64,000 nucleotides of DNA, taken from assembly GCA_963849635.1 (NCBI GenBank), contig CAWKIA010000024.1, forward strand, positions 33,615-97,614. The letters run 5' to 3'. Below are positions 61,665-64,000 of the stretch, piece by piece; position 1 is the stretch's first letter; every line of letters begins with the position of its first letter. Source of the stretch: an uncultured Chloroflexia bacterium. Lineage in GTDB: Bacteria > Chloroflexota > Chloroflexia > Thermomicrobiales > UBA6265. The notes beneath the pieces were generated by a model that saw only the letters and a program-made list of their open reading frames with translations, ran no database searches and was not told where the DNA came from. A program made the translations under genes and the position numbers.

Positions 61665-62900
61665 TCAGGCCTCGTAAGAGATGCGGTAAAGGAGGCCGGC
61701 AGTATCGTCGGAGACGATCAAGGAGCCATCTGGGGCGACGAGGATGCCAGCGGGGCGGCCCCAGCGGTCGCCGGACTCGTCTTGCCAGCCGGTGGCGAAG
61801 TCGGAGGCGCCGGATGGATCGTCGCCGTCGAAGGCGATACGCAGGAGCTTGGGTTCGGCCGGTTCGGTGCGATTCCAGGAGCCGTGCTGGACGACAAAGA
61901 GGCCGGCGAACTCGGATGGGAACGGGTCATCCACGGCGAAGGCGAGGCCGAGCGGGGCGGAGTGGGCCTGGATGCCGACGGTAGGTGGGGTTATGCCGGA
62001 GCAGTCGGCGCCCGAATCCTGCGGAGTGGCATCCGGCGGCTGGCAGGTGGGCCAACCGTAGTTCGCGCCCTCCTGGACGACGGTGACGAGGTCAGGAGGG
62101 ATCTCGTCACCCTGGTTGTCCCGCTCGTTCACGGTCGCCCAGAGGCGTTCGGTGCCGGGTTGGAAGGCGAGGCCGACCGGGTTGCGAAGGCCCCAGGCGA
62201 AGCGGTTTGCATCTGCGCCCGTCGGGGTGTAGCGCATAACGGCGGCACGGCGGTCGTCGTCCTCCGCGCAGATGTTGCAGGAGGAGCCGATCGCGACGTA
62301 CATGAGATCGTCTGGGCCGAAGGCGATCGTACGCGTGCTGTGGCCGCCGACGGGGAGGTCGGGAACGACCACCTCGATCTCGCCGGGCGTCCCGGCCGGG
62401 TCGTACGAGGCGCGGCTGATCTGGTTGGTCTCGCCGACGTAGAGGTAGGTCGTGCCGCCATCGTCGAGAAGGGCGACGTTGGACGGGGCGTTGAGGCCGG
62501 AGAGGAGCGGCTCCGGCGGGGTGGGCGCCGGCGCGATTGCGCCTTCGGAGGCGGGGTAGCGGTAGACGTTCCCGGCGCTGGCGTCGGCGACAAGGAGGTT
62601 ACCGTCCGCGTCGACGGCCATGAAGCGGGGAGAATCCAGCCCGGCGGCGAGGACAGCAATTACGAACCCTTCCGGCAGGTTGACGGTCTGGGCGGCCACG
62701 TCGAAGCCATCGGGGACCTGGAGTTCGGTCGGGACGAGGTCGGGGTTGGCGGTGCGGGCATCGTCGACGATGAGCGGAGGGGAGGTCGAACCGTCCTGAG
62801 CGCGGGTGTGAAAGGGGGTCATAAGGGCGGGCGTGGAGACGGCCGCGGCGACCGCTGGGGTTGCCAGGAGCAGGTGGCGGCGGGTCAACTCGATCGGCAT
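61665..62900 (-). CDS. Tat-exported PQQ-dependent sugar/sorbosone dehydrogenase
   Basis: TRRHLL leader; GHSTRTIAFGPD; GLRNPVGLAF; HSAPLGL; HGSWNR; GRPAGI. Confidence 0.92.
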   Translation of the reverse strand: MPIELTRRHLLLATPAVAAAVSTPALMTPFHTRAQDGSTSPPLIVDDARTANPDLVPTELQVPDGFDVAAQTVNLPEGFVIAVLAAGLDSPRFMAVDADGNLLVADASAGNVYRYPASEGAIAPAPTPPEPLLSGLNAPSNVALLDDGGTTYLYVGETNQISRASYDPAGTPGEIEVVVPDLPVGGHSTRTIAFGPDDLMYVAIGSSCNICAEDDDRRAAVMRYTPTGADANRFAWGLRNPVGLAFQPGTERLWATVNERDNQGDEIPPDLVTVVQEGANYGWPTCQPPDATPQDSGADCSGITPPTVGIQAHSAPLGLAFAVDDPFPSEFAGLFVVQHGSWNRTEPAEPKLLRIAFDGDDPSGASDFATGWQDESGDRWGRPAGILVAPDGSLIVSDDTAGLLYRISYEA

Positions 62901-63040
62901 GGGGCATCTCTCCTTGGGATGGACGTAACCGGGATACGGCACTGACGCGATCAAGAAGTGTGCCAGGCGAATCTTGCTCCCTAACTCCCCGGCCCCCTTC
63001 CCTCTGCCGCAGCGCGGGCCGGACGCCGACTCGCCACCTC

Positions 63041-63321
63041 GTCATCCTGAGCTTGCGAAGGATCTTGGCCGCCGCGCGGCCTTTGCAACCGACCCTGACG
63101 ACGCGCGTTCGGCGCGACATCCGGCGTCAGCGTACGAGCACGAAGGCGCTCACGCGCCAAGATCCTTCGCAAGCTCAGTAGTCCGACCAGGGGAAAATGT
63201 CGGGTTTAGGGGGCGGGTCGGGTCCAGGAGCGGATTTGCGGGCACCAAGCTGACCCGATTCGCACGGCCGCAAACGCCAGCCGGACATGACATATACGCT
63301 GGTCAGACTACTCAGGATGAC
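63041..63321. repeat. GTCATCCTGAGC..GAAGGATCT / AGATCCTTCG..CTCAGGATGAC inverted repeat pair; right copy interrupted
   Basis: Left copy at 63041-65. Right copy is split into 63160-78 and 63311-21. Confidence 0.75.
63179..63310. mobile_element. 132-bp non-autonomous MITE-like insertion
   Basis: Terminal inverted repeats TAGTCCGACCAG / CTGGTCAGACTA (11/12 match) flanked by a CTCAG duplication (63174-78, 63311-15). Confidence 0.7.
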
Positions 63322-63447
63322 GTCCGGGGGGGCTGGCGTGGCGGAGTCATGGGCCAGCAGGGCTGTGGGTCGTTGGGCAAGGGGACCACTGGGGTGATAA
63401 GAAAGTGAGGTGATGGGACGGCAGAGTAGCTGAGTGAAATCAGGTGA

Positions 63448-64000
63448 TCAGGCTGTGCGGGAGTCCCGCCACTGGATGAGTTCCTTGAGGTGGCCGGTGT
63501 CGTAGGTGGGGCCGCCGGTGTTGACGATGAGGTGGGTGATGCCGTTGGCGACGTAGTCGTCGGCGCGTTCGACCTGGGCCGGGCTGAGCAGGATGGAGCG
63601 CTCGATTTCGGCGGGGTTGCGGCCGACGCGGGCGCACCAGTCGTCCAGGACGGTAGAGAGGCGGCCGGCCTCCTCTGGGTCGCCGAAGCTGTTCCACATG
63701 TCGGCGTGCTGGGCGACGATGCGGAGGGTTACCCGCTCGCCGCCGCCGCCGATCAGGATGGGGATGTGGCCGTTGACCGGCCCGGGGTTGAGCTTTGCCA
63801 GGCGCTCCTTGATGACAGGCAGGGCGGTGTCGAGGTCGCGGAGGCGGTCCGGGGCGGTCTTGAAGTCGTAGCCGTACTCGTCGTAGTCGCGTTGGAACCA
63901 GCCGCTGCCGATACCGAGGATAGCGCGGCCACCGGAGATGTGGTCGATGGTGCGGGCCATGTCGGCGAGCAGGTTGGGGTTGCGGTAGGAGTTGCAGGTA
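63448..64000 (-). CDS. LLM-class F420-dependent oxidoreductase; 5' end outside the window
   Basis: [56 protein letters not shown]. Confidence 0.9.
   Translation of the reverse strand, partial: TCNSYRNPNLLADMARTIDHISGGRAILGIGSGWFQRDYDEYGYDFKTAPDRLRDLDTALPVIKERLAKLNPGPVNGHIPILIGGGGERVTLRIVAQHADMWNSFGDPEEAGRLSTVLDDWCARVGRNPAEIERSILLSPAQVERADDYVANGITHLIVNTGGPTYDTGHLKELIQWRDSRTA

Noticed and set aside
62974-63408. 144-aa plus-strand ORF as a possible transposase
   Set aside because: It is translated repeat and MITE sequence with no DDE or HUH motif.

Overview
High-GC bacterial chromosomal window, densely coding. The gene families (F420-type LLM oxidoreductases, ScyD/ScyE proteins, 'MDxxxFDxLxR' Cys-rich secreted proteins) suggest Chloroflexota/Thermomicrobiales; this is inference. 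Main content: a peptide/opine-type ABC import operon with catabolic genes, an M1 aminopeptidase, two MarR modules and two DHA2 MFS pumps, and a small stress-protein cluster. Next come a Fur-family regulator heading a suf Fe-S operon (sufC-sufB-DUF5990-sufD-sufS-sufU-Rieske ferredoxin) and an extracytoplasmic Cys-rich/redoxin/ScyD-E-cupredoxin/multicopper oxidase cluster. The rest includes an alpha carbonic anhydrase, terC, an S9 peptidase, a rubredoxin-fused GltD-like Fe-S flavoprotein, a large heparinase II/III-like secreted protein, a vapBC pair and several REP-like repeat families. Many otherwise intact genes, including sufB, carry small indel frameshifts, most likely uncorrected long-read errors. 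Best leads: (1) a stand-alone colicin D-like tRNase plus immunity gene with no delivery domain, coupled to the S9 peptidase; (2) the mau-like copper/disulfide cluster; (3) an in-frame TGA at a probable Cys position followed by a hairpin; (4) a 132-bp MITE inside a REP-type repeat. I found no rRNA, tRNA or CRISPR array. All family assignments come from motif recognition, not database searches.
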